A model generated the notes under the pieces. The model saw only the letters and a list, made by a program, of their open reading frames with translations. It was not told the DNA's origin and did not search any database. Both the position numbers and the translations under genes were made by a program. 64,000 bases of DNA, taken from NCBI GenBank assembly GCA_945787155.1, contig CALZHD010000003.1, positions 2,455 through 66,454 on the forward strand, read 5' to 3'. Below, piece by piece: positions 33,078 to 43,036 of the stretch (position 1 is the stretch's first letter; each line of letters starts with the position of its first letter). This DNA is from an uncultured Gammaproteobacteria bacterium (GTDB lineage Bacteria; Pseudomonadota; Gammaproteobacteria; SZUA-140).

Positions 33078-33815
33078 CTACGGAACACGCGCACAAATCC
33101 ATACATCGACGACTTTAGCACCGCGATCTCGCATCACTCGCGCCAGTTCAGTCACCGTATTACCGGTCGTCATCACATCATCAACAATCGCCACATGCGC
33201 CCCATACAGTGAACTGTCCACCTCAAAGGCCCCTTTGATATTGGCGCGACGCTGTTTTGCGGGGAGATCAGATTGCACCGCCGTCTCACGCACCCGTCGA
33301 CAACCGTGCAACGCCATCGGCACACCCAGCTGCCTGCTCACAGGTCGCGCCAATTCAACCGCCTGGTTATAGCCACGCGTGCGCAGCCGTCGCTTATACA
33401 GCGGCACCGGCACGATCATATCGGGTAACCGCTGTTGCTGCTGCTGAAGCGCCGCCACCATCAGCGCCGCCAGCAAGCGTGCATTGACCAGCCGACGATT
33501 AAATTTAAGCCGCTGAATCAGATGATCCACCGGGTGAGTATAACGGAACAGACTAAAGGTCTGCTCAAATGGCGGTGGGGTGCGCAGACAATTTCCACAA
33601 ATACCAGGCTGCGCCAACGGTAAAGCACATTGGCGACAGGCCACACCCAGATAAGGCATAGCAGCCAGGCAACCGCGACAGAGATCTAGCGTCCCCTCTG
33701 CCGCCTGGCCACAGGCCACACAGACAGATGGTAGCAGGTACCGCCGTACAGATTCTAAACACTTGTTCACGTCTTCCGCTCCATGGAAGTTGACGGTTGA
33801 CAGCCAGCTCAACAC
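33078..33815 (-). CDS. comF: ComF-family phosphoribosyltransferase-domain protein (GntX/YhgH-like)
   Basis: N-terminal Cys4 zinc finger (CVAC...CRGC...CRQC...CGNC) and a C-terminal PRTase motif (VAIVDDVMTTGNT). The start codon is uncertain (GTG at 33815). Confidence 0.75.
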   Translation of the reverse strand: MLSWLSTVNFHGAEDVNKCLESVRRYLLPSVCVACGQAAEGTLDLCRGCLAAMPYLGVACRQCALPLAQPGICGNCLRTPPPFEQTFSLFRYTHPVDHLIQRLKFNRRLVNARLLAALMVAALQQQQQRLPDMIVPVPLYKRRLRTRGYNQAVELARPVSRQLGVPMALHGCRRVRETAVQSDLPAKQRRANIKGAFEVDSSLYGAHVAIVDDVMTTGNTVTELARVMRDRGAKVVDVWICARVP

Positions 33816-33883
33816 CCCTCAATATTTGCACCCTTTATAGAATAGAACAACTCTCCCGTCCTAAAATCACTCCAGGAGTCACC

Positions 33884-34906
33884 ATGAGCGAAAATTACAG
33901 CCGTATCGACGAAATTACCCAGCGCATTCTCAATGGCGGCGAAATGACCAGTGAAGAAGGCCGCTGGATGATCCAGCTCGATGACGACTACCTCACCTGG
34001 TTGATGGCCGGTGCCGACCGCATCCGCCGCCAATATCGCGGCAATGAAATCGAGGTATGCGCCATCTCGAACGTACGCTCCGGCAACTGCTCCGAAAACT
34101 GCTCCTTCTGCTCACAAAGCGGTCACCATAAAAAGACCACCTCAGCGATTTATGATTACATCCCGTCTGAGCAACTGGTGGCACAGGCACAACAAGCACG
34201 CGAATGGGGCGCAAGCGACTTTGGCGTAGTCTCCAAAGGGTGGGGCGTACGCTCGGAAAAAGAGCGCGCGCAATTAAAAGAATATTTCAGCGAATTGAAA
34301 AAAAATAGCGAGATCGGTCGCTGTGCCAGCCTCGGCGCGCTTGATCGTGCTACTGCCGACATGCTCAAAGAGATGGGAATGGAAAACTATCATCACAATC
34401 TGGAGTCCGCCGAAAGCTTCTTCGACAACGTCTGCACCACACACACCTATCAGGAAAATATCGATACCATCCGTCACGCTGCCGAGGCCGGTCTGCGCGT
34501 CTGCGCGGGTGGCATTCTCGGCATGGGCGAATCACTGGAACAGCGCATCGAACTGGCCGACACACTACGCCAGCTCGGCGTCGAATCGGTGCCACTGAAT
34601 TTTCTCAATCCACAGGACGGTACCCCGTTCGATCAGCAGACGCCGATGGTGCCACATGAGATCCTCAAGAGCATCGCGGTCTTCCGTTACATGCTGCCAC
34701 GCGCCGAAATCCGTATCGCCGGTGGGCGCCAGTTCCTCGGCGACCTGCAATCGATGATCTTTATGGCGGGTGCCTCTGGCGTGATGATCGGTGACTACCT
34801 CACCACCGCCGGACGCAAGGTCGAACAGGACATCAAGATGATTCAGGATCTCCACCTGACCGCACGCGAAGATACTCAACATCGCCGCAGCGCCATCGCC
34901 TCCTGA
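33884..34906 (+). CDS. bioB: Biotin synthase
   Basis: Radical-SAM motif CSENCSFC. Start set at the ATG with AGGAG upstream; the longer ORF-track N-terminus overlaps comF and is probably not real. Confidence 0.95.
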   Translation: MSENYSRIDEITQRILNGGEMTSEEGRWMIQLDDDYLTWLMAGADRIRRQYRGNEIEVCAISNVRSGNCSENCSFCSQSGHHKKTTSAIYDYIPSEQLVAQAQQAREWGASDFGVVSKGWGVRSEKERAQLKEYFSELKKNSEIGRCASLGALDRATADMLKEMGMENYHHNLESAESFFDNVCTTHTYQENIDTIRHAAEAGLRVCAGGILGMGESLEQRIELADTLRQLGVESVPLNFLNPQDGTPFDQQTPMVPHEILKSIAVFRYMLPRAEIRIAGGRQFLGDLQSMIFMAGASGVMIGDYLTTAGRKVEQDIKMIQDLHLTAREDTQHRRSAIAS

Positions 34907-34928
34907 GCCGATAGTCTTCTATATATAG

Positions 34929-36107
34929 ATGGCTATCGATCTTGCTGCAAGGCTGGCTCCTGGATTAGCAGAGCGACGACAACGACACCTCTATCGCTCA
35001 CGCAGGGTGATCGACGGTGCGCAGGACGTTGAACTGCAATGCGACGGCAAGCCATTGCTGTCGTTTTGCAGCAACGACTACCTCGGCCTCGCCAACCACC
35101 CCGCATTGATCCAGGCGATGCAACAAGGGGCGCAGCGTTATGGCGTCGGCAGCGGCTCGTCGCACCTCATCAGCGGCCACAGCCAGCCACACCACGCACT
35201 TGAAGAGGCACTTGCCGAATTCACACAACGTCCGCGCGCACTACTCTTCTCCAGTGGTTACATGGCCAACCTGGGTGTGATCAGTGCGCTGGCGGCTAAA
35301 CAGGATACGGTGCACGAAGACCGCATCAACCACGCCTCGCTGATCGATGCCGCACGTCTCAGCGAGTCCACGCTGCGCCGCTATCCACATAACGATGTCG
35401 ATGTGCTCGCAAAGCGCCTCAACAAGCAAGACGATGGCCATCCCTTTATTGTTACTGACGGCGTCTTCAGCATGGATGGTGACATCGCACCACTGCAACA
35501 AATCGCAACCGTTGCGACACAACACGCGGCGACATTGATGGTCGATGATGCCCACGGCATCGGTGTCATCGGTAAAAATGGACGAGGCTCCGTCGAGCAG
35601 TGCCAACTTTCGCTGCACGACGTACCGATACTGGTCGGCACACTGGGTAAGGCGTTTGGTACCTTTGGGGCTTTTGTCACGGGTAGTGATGAGCTCATTG
35701 AAACATTGATTCAACACGCGCGCAGCTACATCTACACTACGGCACTGCCGCCTGCGGTGGCACACGCAACACTGACCAGTCTTAAATTAATAGAGACAGA
35801 GCACTGGCGCCGGGAACAACTACAGACACTGGTCAAACGTTTTAGAAAAGGTGCTGAACAACTGGGACTGAACATCATGCCATCGACGACACCGATCCAG
35901 CCGTTGCTTGTTGGCAGCTCGGATGAGGCATTGCGCATTAGTGAACAACTGCAACAACGAGGCATCCTGATCAGCGCGATCCGTCCACCCACAATCCCCG
36001 CAGGCACTGCAAGACTGCGCATCACCTTTTCCGCCAATCACAGCGAGCAACACATTGACCGACTGCTAGCGGCACTTGAGTCAGTGATCAAACATGATGC
36101 CGCCTGA
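34929..36107 (+). CDS. bioF: 8-amino-7-oxononanoate synthase
   Basis: 392 aa PLP-dependent class II aminotransferase with the Lys motif TLGKAFG, in a bio operon. Confidence 0.9.
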   Translation: MAIDLAARLAPGLAERRQRHLYRSRRVIDGAQDVELQCDGKPLLSFCSNDYLGLANHPALIQAMQQGAQRYGVGSGSSHLISGHSQPHHALEEALAEFTQRPRALLFSSGYMANLGVISALAAKQDTVHEDRINHASLIDAARLSESTLRRYPHNDVDVLAKRLNKQDDGHPFIVTDGVFSMDGDIAPLQQIATVATQHAATLMVDDAHGIGVIGKNGRGSVEQCQLSLHDVPILVGTLGKAFGTFGAFVTGSDELIETLIQHARSYIYTTALPPAVAHATLTSLKLIETEHWRREQLQTLVKRFRKGAEQLGLNIMPSTTPIQPLLVGSSDEALRISEQLQQRGILISAIRPPTIPAGTARLRITFSANHSEQHIDRLLAALESVIKHDAA

Positions 36108-36888
36108 AATGAATACATTCACAAGCGGTAACAATGGCGACTCAATCACCCTGCTGCATGGCTGGGGCTTCAATGGCGCCATCTGGGAAGAGACCGCGCG
36201 TACACTTGCCAGTAGCGCACGCGTCAGCTGTATCGACCTGCCCGGTCATGGCCGTAGCCCAATGCCCGTGGGCGACTACACTATCGAACGGCTGGCTGAC
36301 ATCATTGCCGAGACGTTACCACAACAGGGCAACGTGATTGGCTGGTCGCTCGGCGGCATGATCGCGATGCAGATTGCGCTACGTCACCCCGAAAAGATTA
36401 AACGTCTGATACTGGTTGGCAGCGTCGCCCGGTTTGTGCGTGACGATGACTGGCGCTATGCCATTTCGCCCGATGTCCTGCAGTCATTCTCCGAGTCACT
36501 TAACGATGGCCTTCAGCAGACCCTGCAACGTTTTCTTGCACTGCAGATCCAGAGTAGTGACGACAGTCGCACCACACTGCGTAAGCTGATGAATTCAAAT
36601 GCCGCGCCGCAAGCGGCCGCACTGCAAGGGGGGCTACAGATTTTACAAAATGTTGATCTACGTAAGCAATTACCCCAGCTCCAGCAGCCAACGCTGATGA
36701 TCTTTGGAAAACGCGACACATTGACGCGACCACAGACTGCCAGGCAGATGTTGCAATTGCTGCCCAACGCACAACTTGAAATTATCAACGGAGCAGGCCA
36801 CGCACCCTTCCTGTCCCACCGCGAACAGTTCACCAGTTTAATCGAACAATTTATCAAAGACCCGCGAACCATAAACAGCAACCCATAA
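36094..36888 (+). CDS. bioH: Pimeloyl-[ACP] methyl ester esterase
   Basis: 264 aa alpha/beta hydrolase with the GWSLGG nucleophile elbow. It overlaps the bioF end by 14 bp. Confidence 0.85.
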   Translation: MMPPEMNTFTSGNNGDSITLLHGWGFNGAIWEETARTLASSARVSCIDLPGHGRSPMPVGDYTIERLADIIAETLPQQGNVIGWSLGGMIAMQIALRHPEKIKRLILVGSVARFVRDDDWRYAISPDVLQSFSESLNDGLQQTLQRFLALQIQSSDDSRTTLRKLMNSNAAPQAAALQGGLQILQNVDLRKQLPQLQQPTLMIFGKRDTLTRPQTARQMLQLLPNAQLEIINGAGHAPFLSHREQFTSLIEQFIKDPRTINSNP

Positions 36889-36898
36889 GCAGTAATCC

Positions 36899-37816
36899 AT
36901 GAGTCCCCATAAAAAAAATGACCTCCAGCCCTACGAGTTGGATAAGCGCAAAGTACAGGCGGCCTTTGATCACGCTGCCCGCAGCTATGATGAAGCGGCG
37001 GTGTTGCAACATGAAGTAGGTAACCGCGTGATGGAACGGCTGGAGATGATCAGGATTGAGCCCAATGTAATTGTCGACATCGGTTCCGGCACCGGGCGGC
37101 TCAGCAGTGCCGTGACAAAACGCTATCCCAATAGTCGCGTCTATTCACTCGACCTCGCCCCCGCAATGCTCGCCTATGCCCGCCAACAAACCACAGATCA
37201 ACCAGAAGGTTTTATCTGCGCGGATACAGAACAGTTACCATTCAGTGATCACAGCGTCGACATGATCATTTCCAACGTCACCCTCCAGTGGTGCAGCGAT
37301 CTAGAACGCGCCTTGCGCGAATTTCAGCGCGTCATCAAACCCGGTGGCCTACTGATGTTCACCACCTTTGGGCCGGACACACTCAAAGAGCTACGCATCA
37401 GCTGGAGCGGCGTCGATAACTACAACCACCTCAACGCCTTCTTCGACATGCATGATATCGGTGATGCCCTGCGCCGCATCGGTTTTAGTGATCCGGTGAT
37501 GGATGTCGAAAACTTCACCCTCACCTATCAAGAGGCCACCACGCTCATGCGTGACCTCAAAGCCGTCGGCGCACACAACGTCACCGCCGGTCGCCCACAC
37601 GGTCTCACCGGCAAACAGCGCATGCAAAGGGTCATCAAGGCGTACGAAAGATTTCGCCTGGATGATGGCCTGTTGCCCGCCACCTATGAAGTGATCTACG
37701 GTCACGCATGGGCACCACAACCGCGCAATGATGATAACATGGGCGATATACTCGATGATGGCAGTGTGGCGATCCCACTAAAACGAATGCGGCAACGACT
37801 GGGTATCAAAAAATAA
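36899..37816 (+). CDS. bioC: Malonyl-[ACP] O-methyltransferase
   Basis: 305 aa SAM-dependent methyltransferase (VDIGSGTG) in the bioH-bioC-bioD arrangement. Confidence 0.85.
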   Translation: MSPHKKNDLQPYELDKRKVQAAFDHAARSYDEAAVLQHEVGNRVMERLEMIRIEPNVIVDIGSGTGRLSSAVTKRYPNSRVYSLDLAPAMLAYARQQTTDQPEGFICADTEQLPFSDHSVDMIISNVTLQWCSDLERALREFQRVIKPGGLLMFTTFGPDTLKELRISWSGVDNYNHLNAFFDMHDIGDALRRIGFSDPVMDVENFTLTYQEATTLMRDLKAVGAHNVTAGRPHGLTGKQRMQRVIKAYERFRLDDGLLPATYEVIYGHAWAPQPRNDDNMGDILDDGSVAIPLKRMRQRLGIKK

Positions 37817-37820
37817 AATC

Positions 37821-38516
37821 ATGAAAAAAGGATATTTCATTACAGGCACAGATACCGGCGTCGGCAAGACCTTTGTCTCGTGCGCACTGCTACAGGCCTT
37901 TGCCGACAAAGGTCATCGTGTCGGCGCCATGAAACCGATTGCAGCCGGTTGTGAACAAACAGACGATGGCTGGCAAAACGATGATGCACTGCTACTCTTG
38001 CAACATGCAAATATTGAACTCAGTTATCAACAGGTAAACCCTGTCGCACTACCATCCCCCATCGCGCCTCACCTTGCTGTCGAGCACATGAAAGAATCGG
38101 TCACCATTAGAAAACTCACCACTCATTTTGAGAACATCAAAACGAGCGCGGACTATTTTATGGTCGAAGGCGCGGGTGGGTGGCAGGTACCGCTAAATAA
38201 TAACGAAAGCATGGCCGCCATCCCGCGGGCATTTGGGCTCGATGTGATTCTAGTCGTAGGGATTCGACTCGGCTGCCTCAACCACGCACTGTTAAGCGCT
38301 GCCGCGATTGAACAGAGTGGCAACCACCTGGCGGGTTGGGTCGCCAATATTATCGACCCCAATACGTTGATGATCGAAAAAAACATTCTGACCTTAAAAA
38401 AGAAGATCGATGCGCCACTGCTTGGGGTGTTACCTCATATGGATACAAAAGAGGTTCACGCTGCCTCACAACAGCTGGACGTTGAGCTTCTACTCACGCT
38501 CAGCGACCCTGTTTAA
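37821..38516 (+). CDS. bioD: Dethiobiotin synthetase
   Basis: 231 aa with a P-loop (GTDTGVGKT). Typical BioD. Confidence 0.9.
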   Translation: MKKGYFITGTDTGVGKTFVSCALLQAFADKGHRVGAMKPIAAGCEQTDDGWQNDDALLLLQHANIELSYQQVNPVALPSPIAPHLAVEHMKESVTIRKLTTHFENIKTSADYFMVEGAGGWQVPLNNNESMAAIPRAFGLDVILVVGIRLGCLNHALLSAAAIEQSGNHLAGWVANIIDPNTLMIEKNILTLKKKIDAPLLGVLPHMDTKEVHAASQQLDVELLLTLSDPV

Positions 38517-38713
38517 CGGCAATTGAGATACAAACCATCCACCACACCCTAAATCGATAACGCGTCTCATCCTCTCCAATCGAAAAAATCGCAGCAAAAA
38601 CATATAATTTAAGGTATAATTCCGCTCCTTATTGGAATCAACCGATAAGTTCGTGCCCTCCCCCCTGCAATATATTGAGAGGCACGACCCTCGAACACTA
38701 CAGGTATTTACAG

Positions 38714-40576
38714 ATGTCATCACCCTCTGAGAGCTTTGCGCAGCTAGCGCTGTCGGCCCCTATTCTTCGCGCACTCGACGATGTTGGCTACGAATCGCCA
38801 TCACCCATTCAAGCAGAAAGTATCCCGCACCTGCTGCAAGGGCACGACCTGCTCGGCCAGGCGCAGACCGGTACCGGCAAGACCGCCGCCTTTGCGCTGC
38901 CACTGCTGAACAACATCGATCTCTCTCAAAAGACGCCTCAAATACTCGTGTTAGCACCCACACGTGAGTTGGCAATTCAGGTCGCTGAGGCGTTCCAGAG
39001 CTATGCGCGCCATATGAAAGGCTTTCACGTGCTACCCGTTTACGGTGGCCAGGGGATGGACACACAGCTGCGCCAGCTAAAGCGTGGTGTACATGTGGTG
39101 GTGGGCACGCCCGGCCGCGTGATGGATCACCTACGCCGCAAGACGATGTCACTGGCGGGACTGAAATCACTGGTACTGGATGAGGCCGATGAGATGCTGA
39201 AGATGGGTTTCATCGACGATGTCAAATGGATTCTGGAGCAGACGCCAGACACGCGCCAGATCGCACTATTTTCAGCGACGATGCCCGACGTGATCCGCAA
39301 GGTAGCCAATCGCTATCTGAAAAACCCCAAGACGGTAAAGATTAAATCAGAATCCACCACGGTCGACACTATCGATCAAAAATATTGGCAGGTAAGCGGC
39401 CTGCACAAACTCGATGCGCTGACACGTATCCTGGAAGTCGAAGAGTTCGATGCCGCGATCATCTTTGTACGCACCAAGAATGCTACCGCCGAACTCTCGC
39501 AAAAACTGGAGGCCCGCGGTTACGCCAGCGCCGCACTGAGTGGCGATGTTACCCAGGCACTGCGTGAACGCACCGTCAATCAGCTGAAAAAGAAAGCGAT
39601 CGATATCATTGTCGCCACCGACGTCGCCGCGCGAGGCCTTGATGTGCCGCGTATCAGCCACGTGATCAACTACGACATCCCATATGACACAGAGGCCTAT
39701 GTGCATCGTATCGGTCGTACCGGTCGTGCGGGACGCAAGGGCACCGCGATCCTGTTTGCGGCACCCCGCGAAACCCGCATGTTACGCGCGATTGAACGCG
39801 CCACCAATAAAAAGATCGAACGCATGCAACTGCCTTCCATTGAAGCGGTCAGTAGCAAACGGGTGACTGAATTCAAACAGCAGATCCTCGATACTATCGA
39901 GTCTGAAGACCTGACCTTTTTTAATGAGGTGTTGATGCAGATCGAGCAGGAACAAAACATCAGCCCGCAGGATATCGCTTCTGCGCTCACCTTTATGGTG
40001 CAACGCGAGCGCCCTCTGATGCCAAAACAGCAAGCCGTTCCAGCATCTCGGAAAGATAGAGATCGCGCCGCGGATGACAGAGACAGACCCCGCGAAAAAC
40101 GCGCCGCACCTGGCTCACTCGGTAAGGCGCGCCGCCTGAAGAAACACCCAGAGGTCGAGATGGCACGTTATCGCATCGAGGTGGGTAAGGTACATGAGGC
40201 ATCGCCAGGTGATATCGTCGGCGCCATCGCTAACGAAGCTGAGATCGATAGCCAGTACATTGGCGACATCAAACTCTACGACGAATTCAGCACCGTCGAC
40301 CTGCCGGCTGATATGCCTGCCGATGTCTTCCAGCTGCTGAAAAAGGCACGCGTACGCCAACAGCCGCTGGCGATCTCGGTCACTAAAGATGGTGCCTTTG
40401 GCAGTAAAGGCGGTGCAAAAGGTGGCGACAAAAAGCGTAAATTTGCCGACAAGAAAGATGGCCCACGTGCGAAAAAACCAGGCAAAGAAAAGTTCATCAA
40501 TAAACGTGCGGACAGCAAATCTAAAAAGCCAAAGAGTAAAGGGAAGATAACGCTATCTAAAAAAGCTGCAGAATAA
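38714..40576 (+). CDS. deaD: Cold-shock DEAD-box RNA helicase DeaD/CsdA
   Basis: Near-collinear with E. coli DeaD: Q-motif, AQTGTGKT, DEAD, SAT, HRIGRTGRAG, the DbpA-like RNA-binding region and a Lys/Arg-rich tail. Start set at ATG 38714 (MSSPSESFAQLAL...); the ORF-track start is a TTG further upstream. Confidence 0.9.
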   Translation: MSSPSESFAQLALSAPILRALDDVGYESPSPIQAESIPHLLQGHDLLGQAQTGTGKTAAFALPLLNNIDLSQKTPQILVLAPTRELAIQVAEAFQSYARHMKGFHVLPVYGGQGMDTQLRQLKRGVHVVVGTPGRVMDHLRRKTMSLAGLKSLVLDEADEMLKMGFIDDVKWILEQTPDTRQIALFSATMPDVIRKVANRYLKNPKTVKIKSESTTVDTIDQKYWQVSGLHKLDALTRILEVEEFDAAIIFVRTKNATAELSQKLEARGYASAALSGDVTQALRERTVNQLKKKAIDIIVATDVAARGLDVPRISHVINYDIPYDTEAYVHRIGRTGRAGRKGTAILFAAPRETRMLRAIERATNKKIERMQLPSIEAVSSKRVTEFKQQILDTIESEDLTFFNEVLMQIEQEQNISPQDIASALTFMVQRERPLMPKQQAVPASRKDRDRAADDRDRPREKRAAPGSLGKARRLKKHPEVEMARYRIEVGKVHEASPGDIVGAIANEAEIDSQYIGDIKLYDEFSTVDLPADMPADVFQLLKKARVRQQPLAISVTKDGAFGSKGGAKGGDKKRKFADKKDGPRAKKPGKEKFINKRADSKSKKPKSKGKITLSKKAAE

Positions 40577-40609
40577 CGCAACTGTCCCACACTGAACCCA
40601 CATCACCGC

Positions 40610-40635
40610 CGGAAGCACCTATGTGGGTGCTTCCG
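40610..40635. other. 10-bp perfect hairpin (CGGAAGCACC-tatgtg-GGTGCTTCCG) between convergent deaD and the HDOD gene
   Basis: Inverted repeat seen directly. There is no flanking T-run, so intrinsic-terminator status is uncertain. Confidence 0.35.
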
Positions 40636-40663
40636 CATTGGAACCAACAACCAGCAATCTGCG

Positions 40664-41908
40664 CTATCCCTGCAACATCTTTTCTATCTCTTCAATATCC
40701 GCCTGCGCCGTTTCCAACACACGCAGTGTCATCTTCGGCCCAAGACGTCCCAATGAAAATTTTGAAAATGCAGGCACCTCATCGATCGCCGGGTGATTCT
40801 CCATCTGCGGCGTATCGATAAAGCCATAGAGTTGCGCCAACAGCACCACATCACAATAATCCGGCCTTGGTCCGGCATCGCGATACCAGTCGCACGCACC
40901 ACGTACCACACCGATAAGATCAAGTTCGAAATCCCAGCGACGCAACACCTGCACGCCAACCTCACCACTCAGCCTGTCGACAATCTTACTCAGCATTTCC
41001 TCATCTTCGACAAGCTCAGGATATTTCTCTGCATAGCTGATGATGGGCAGCGCACCGATATTATGTATCAGCCCCGCCAACATCGCGCGATCCTCATCCA
41101 CACCTCGCCCGTGACGTGAGATCACGGCGCATAACGCCGCCACATGAGTGCTACGCTGCCACACCTTGCGCATAAAATGCTTAAGCAGCGATGATTCACT
41201 GTCGAACATCTGTTGTAACGAACAGCCAACCACCAAATCTCGCGTCACCTTTAATCCCATACGAGAGATCGCCATCTGGCAAGTGGTAATCGGCGCCTTG
41301 CCACGATACATTGGGCTATTCGCCACCTGTATCAAGCGACCTGCCAACGGCGGGTCTGCCATCACAATGCGTGCCACCTCAGAAACATCGCTCACATCTC
41401 GTTTGATCGCTGCCTGCACCTGCAAGGCGATATCAGGTAGACTGGGAATATTCAACTTATTCGCTTTTGCATCGCGCTCAATGTCGGCCATCAACTGCAC
41501 CGTCAGCGCCGCCTCATCCAGCGGTACGTCATCATCAATCCTGTCCGGGGCAAGGGCATTGCCCAACGCTTCTCGCACAACTACATCACTGAGACGAAAG
41601 ATAACCACACTGTCATTGGTGCGGATTGTCCACTGACAAGGTTTAGTGTAGTTAAGTGGTAATTTTGCCCGCTCGCTATTGGCGCTCACCACTTCATCTT
41701 CACGACCCGGGGCCTCCATTAAAACCTCCCCGGAAGCCAGGTAATAAGTCCAGGGTTCGTTGGAGCCATGGCGTGCGATGGTCTCACCAGTGAGCAAGGT
41801 CTCAAACCAGGTCTCCTCGGCAAGCTGCTGCAACACCGTCGCATCGAGCTTATCGAGTGGTGATAATGAGCCCAGTATCTCTGCGCTAACGAGCTTGTCT
41901 GTCCTCAT
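40664..41908 (-). CDS. Signalling protein with an N-terminal cyclic-nucleotide-binding-like domain and a C-terminal HDOD domain
   Basis: 414 aa. The N-terminal ~110 aa resemble a cNMP/CAP effector fold. The C-terminal region has HDOD hallmarks (LPSLPDIALQV...DVSEVARIV..DP.LAGRLIQVANSP). Confidence 0.7.
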   Translation of the reverse strand: MRTDKLVSAEILGSLSPLDKLDATVLQQLAEETWFETLLTGETIARHGSNEPWTYYLASGEVLMEAPGREDEVVSANSERAKLPLNYTKPCQWTIRTNDSVVIFRLSDVVVREALGNALAPDRIDDDVPLDEAALTVQLMADIERDAKANKLNIPSLPDIALQVQAAIKRDVSDVSEVARIVMADPPLAGRLIQVANSPMYRGKAPITTCQMAISRMGLKVTRDLVVGCSLQQMFDSESSLLKHFMRKVWQRSTHVAALCAVISRHGRGVDEDRAMLAGLIHNIGALPIISYAEKYPELVEDEEMLSKIVDRLSGEVGVQVLRRWDFELDLIGVVRGACDWYRDAGPRPDYCDVVLLAQLYGFIDTPQMENHPAIDEVPAFSKFSLGRLGPKMTLRVLETAQADIEEIEKMLQG

Positions 41909-42112
41909 CGATCACGCTTCCCGTTTGGAAAAATATACCCCAGAAAATCACTAGTAAAACCATTGTTATAAAACTACGGCAATCGCCAACAAGCTTATCG
42001 CTTAAATTTCGTATTGCGCAACAAATCTAAACGTGCACCATATCAGTAACGGCTAATAGCAGCAATTTCATTATATTTTAGATACTTGACTGCTTAACCG
42101 CCTGCTAGTCCA

Positions 42113-42904
42113 TCATACCCACAATAGGCGCACACCAATGGCCAACAGTAGTAATGCAAAGGCTTTTTTCAATACCTTAACTGGCAGACGGTGGGTCAGC
42201 CGCGCCCCCAGTGAGGCGAACACCACGCTGGTTGCCACCACCCCCAGCAGCGCAGGCCAGTAAAGATAGCCGCTGCTACCCGGCGGCAGAGAGACAACCC
42301 CGGATCCCGCGATCCAGTATCCGCCAGCGCCCGCCACCGCAATTGGCAGACCACACGCCGCCGATGTCGCGATCGCGTTACGTGCAGCGGCATTACACCA
42401 CAACAGAAATGGTGTCGTCATGGTGCCGCCGCCGATACCAACAAGCGCTGAAACCATGCCGATCACGACACCCGCCCCCGCCAACGCTGCCCGCCCCGGA
42501 AACTGCCGTGACGCGATCGGGCGCAGCTCCAACACCATCTGCGTCGCGGCCAGCAACGTAAACAGGGCGAAGACCTTCTGTAACCATGCACTGGCAAGCT
42601 GATCTGCCAGCAACGCGCCGCACAGTGCGCCCACCATGATGCCGCCACTGAGTCGCGCGACGATTGGCCACATCACCGCTGCATGACGGTGATGAGTGCG
42701 GATCGACGAGAGCGAAGTGACGATGATCGTCGCCAGCGAGGTGCCCAATGCCAGATGCATGATAATCGCCTCATCAAACCCCTGCGCCTCGAAAGTAAAG
42801 GCGAGCACCGGTACGATGATCAGACCGCCGCCGATGCCCAGCATCCCCGCCAACGTCCCAGCCACGGCACCGAGCAAAAGATAGTAACCTAATGCCTCAA
42901 TCAT
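42113..42904 (-). CDS. TSUP-family (TauE/SafE) sulfite/anion exporter
   Basis: 263 aa, 7-8 TM, with duplicated GxGGG motifs (MLGIGGGLIIVP and LVGIGGGTMTTP). Confidence 0.85.
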   Translation of the reverse strand: MIEALGYYLLLGAVAGTLAGMLGIGGGLIIVPVLAFTFEAQGFDEAIIMHLALGTSLATIIVTSLSSIRTHHRHAAVMWPIVARLSGGIMVGALCGALLADQLASAWLQKVFALFTLLAATQMVLELRPIASRQFPGRAALAGAGVVIGMVSALVGIGGGTMTTPFLLWCNAAARNAIATSAACGLPIAVAGAGGYWIAGSGVVSLPPGSSGYLYWPALLGVVATSVVFASLGARLTHRLPVKVLKKAFALLLLAIGVRLLWV

Positions 42905-43036
42905 CGATTACCCCAACGCCTCATTGAGTGCTAAAATCTTGGGGTTCAGTATAGCGTCTTTGTATAATGGTATGTTTTTGCGCGCCATATTTAAATTTTT
43001 TAAGTTTTAATTTTTTGGGTGAATTGGGAGAGGCAG

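Noticed and set aside
32987-33121. Extended N-terminus of the YfaZ-like protein
   Set aside because: It overlaps comF. The internal ATG at 32986 is preceded by AAGGAG and starts a proper signal peptide.
33797-33883. Extended N-terminus of bioB from the ORF track
   Set aside because: It overlaps the comF start and lacks an RBS. The internal ATG at 33884 has AGGAG upstream and gives a canonical BioB N-terminus (MSENYSRIDEI...).
33816-33883. Candidate BirA operator in the comF-bioB spacer
   Set aside because: I could see only short GTTGAC repeats and no convincing roughly 40-bp imperfect palindrome like E. coli bioO, so it is not called as a feature.
35241-35765. 174-aa minus-strand ORF
   Set aside because: Antisense to bioF; no recognisable features.
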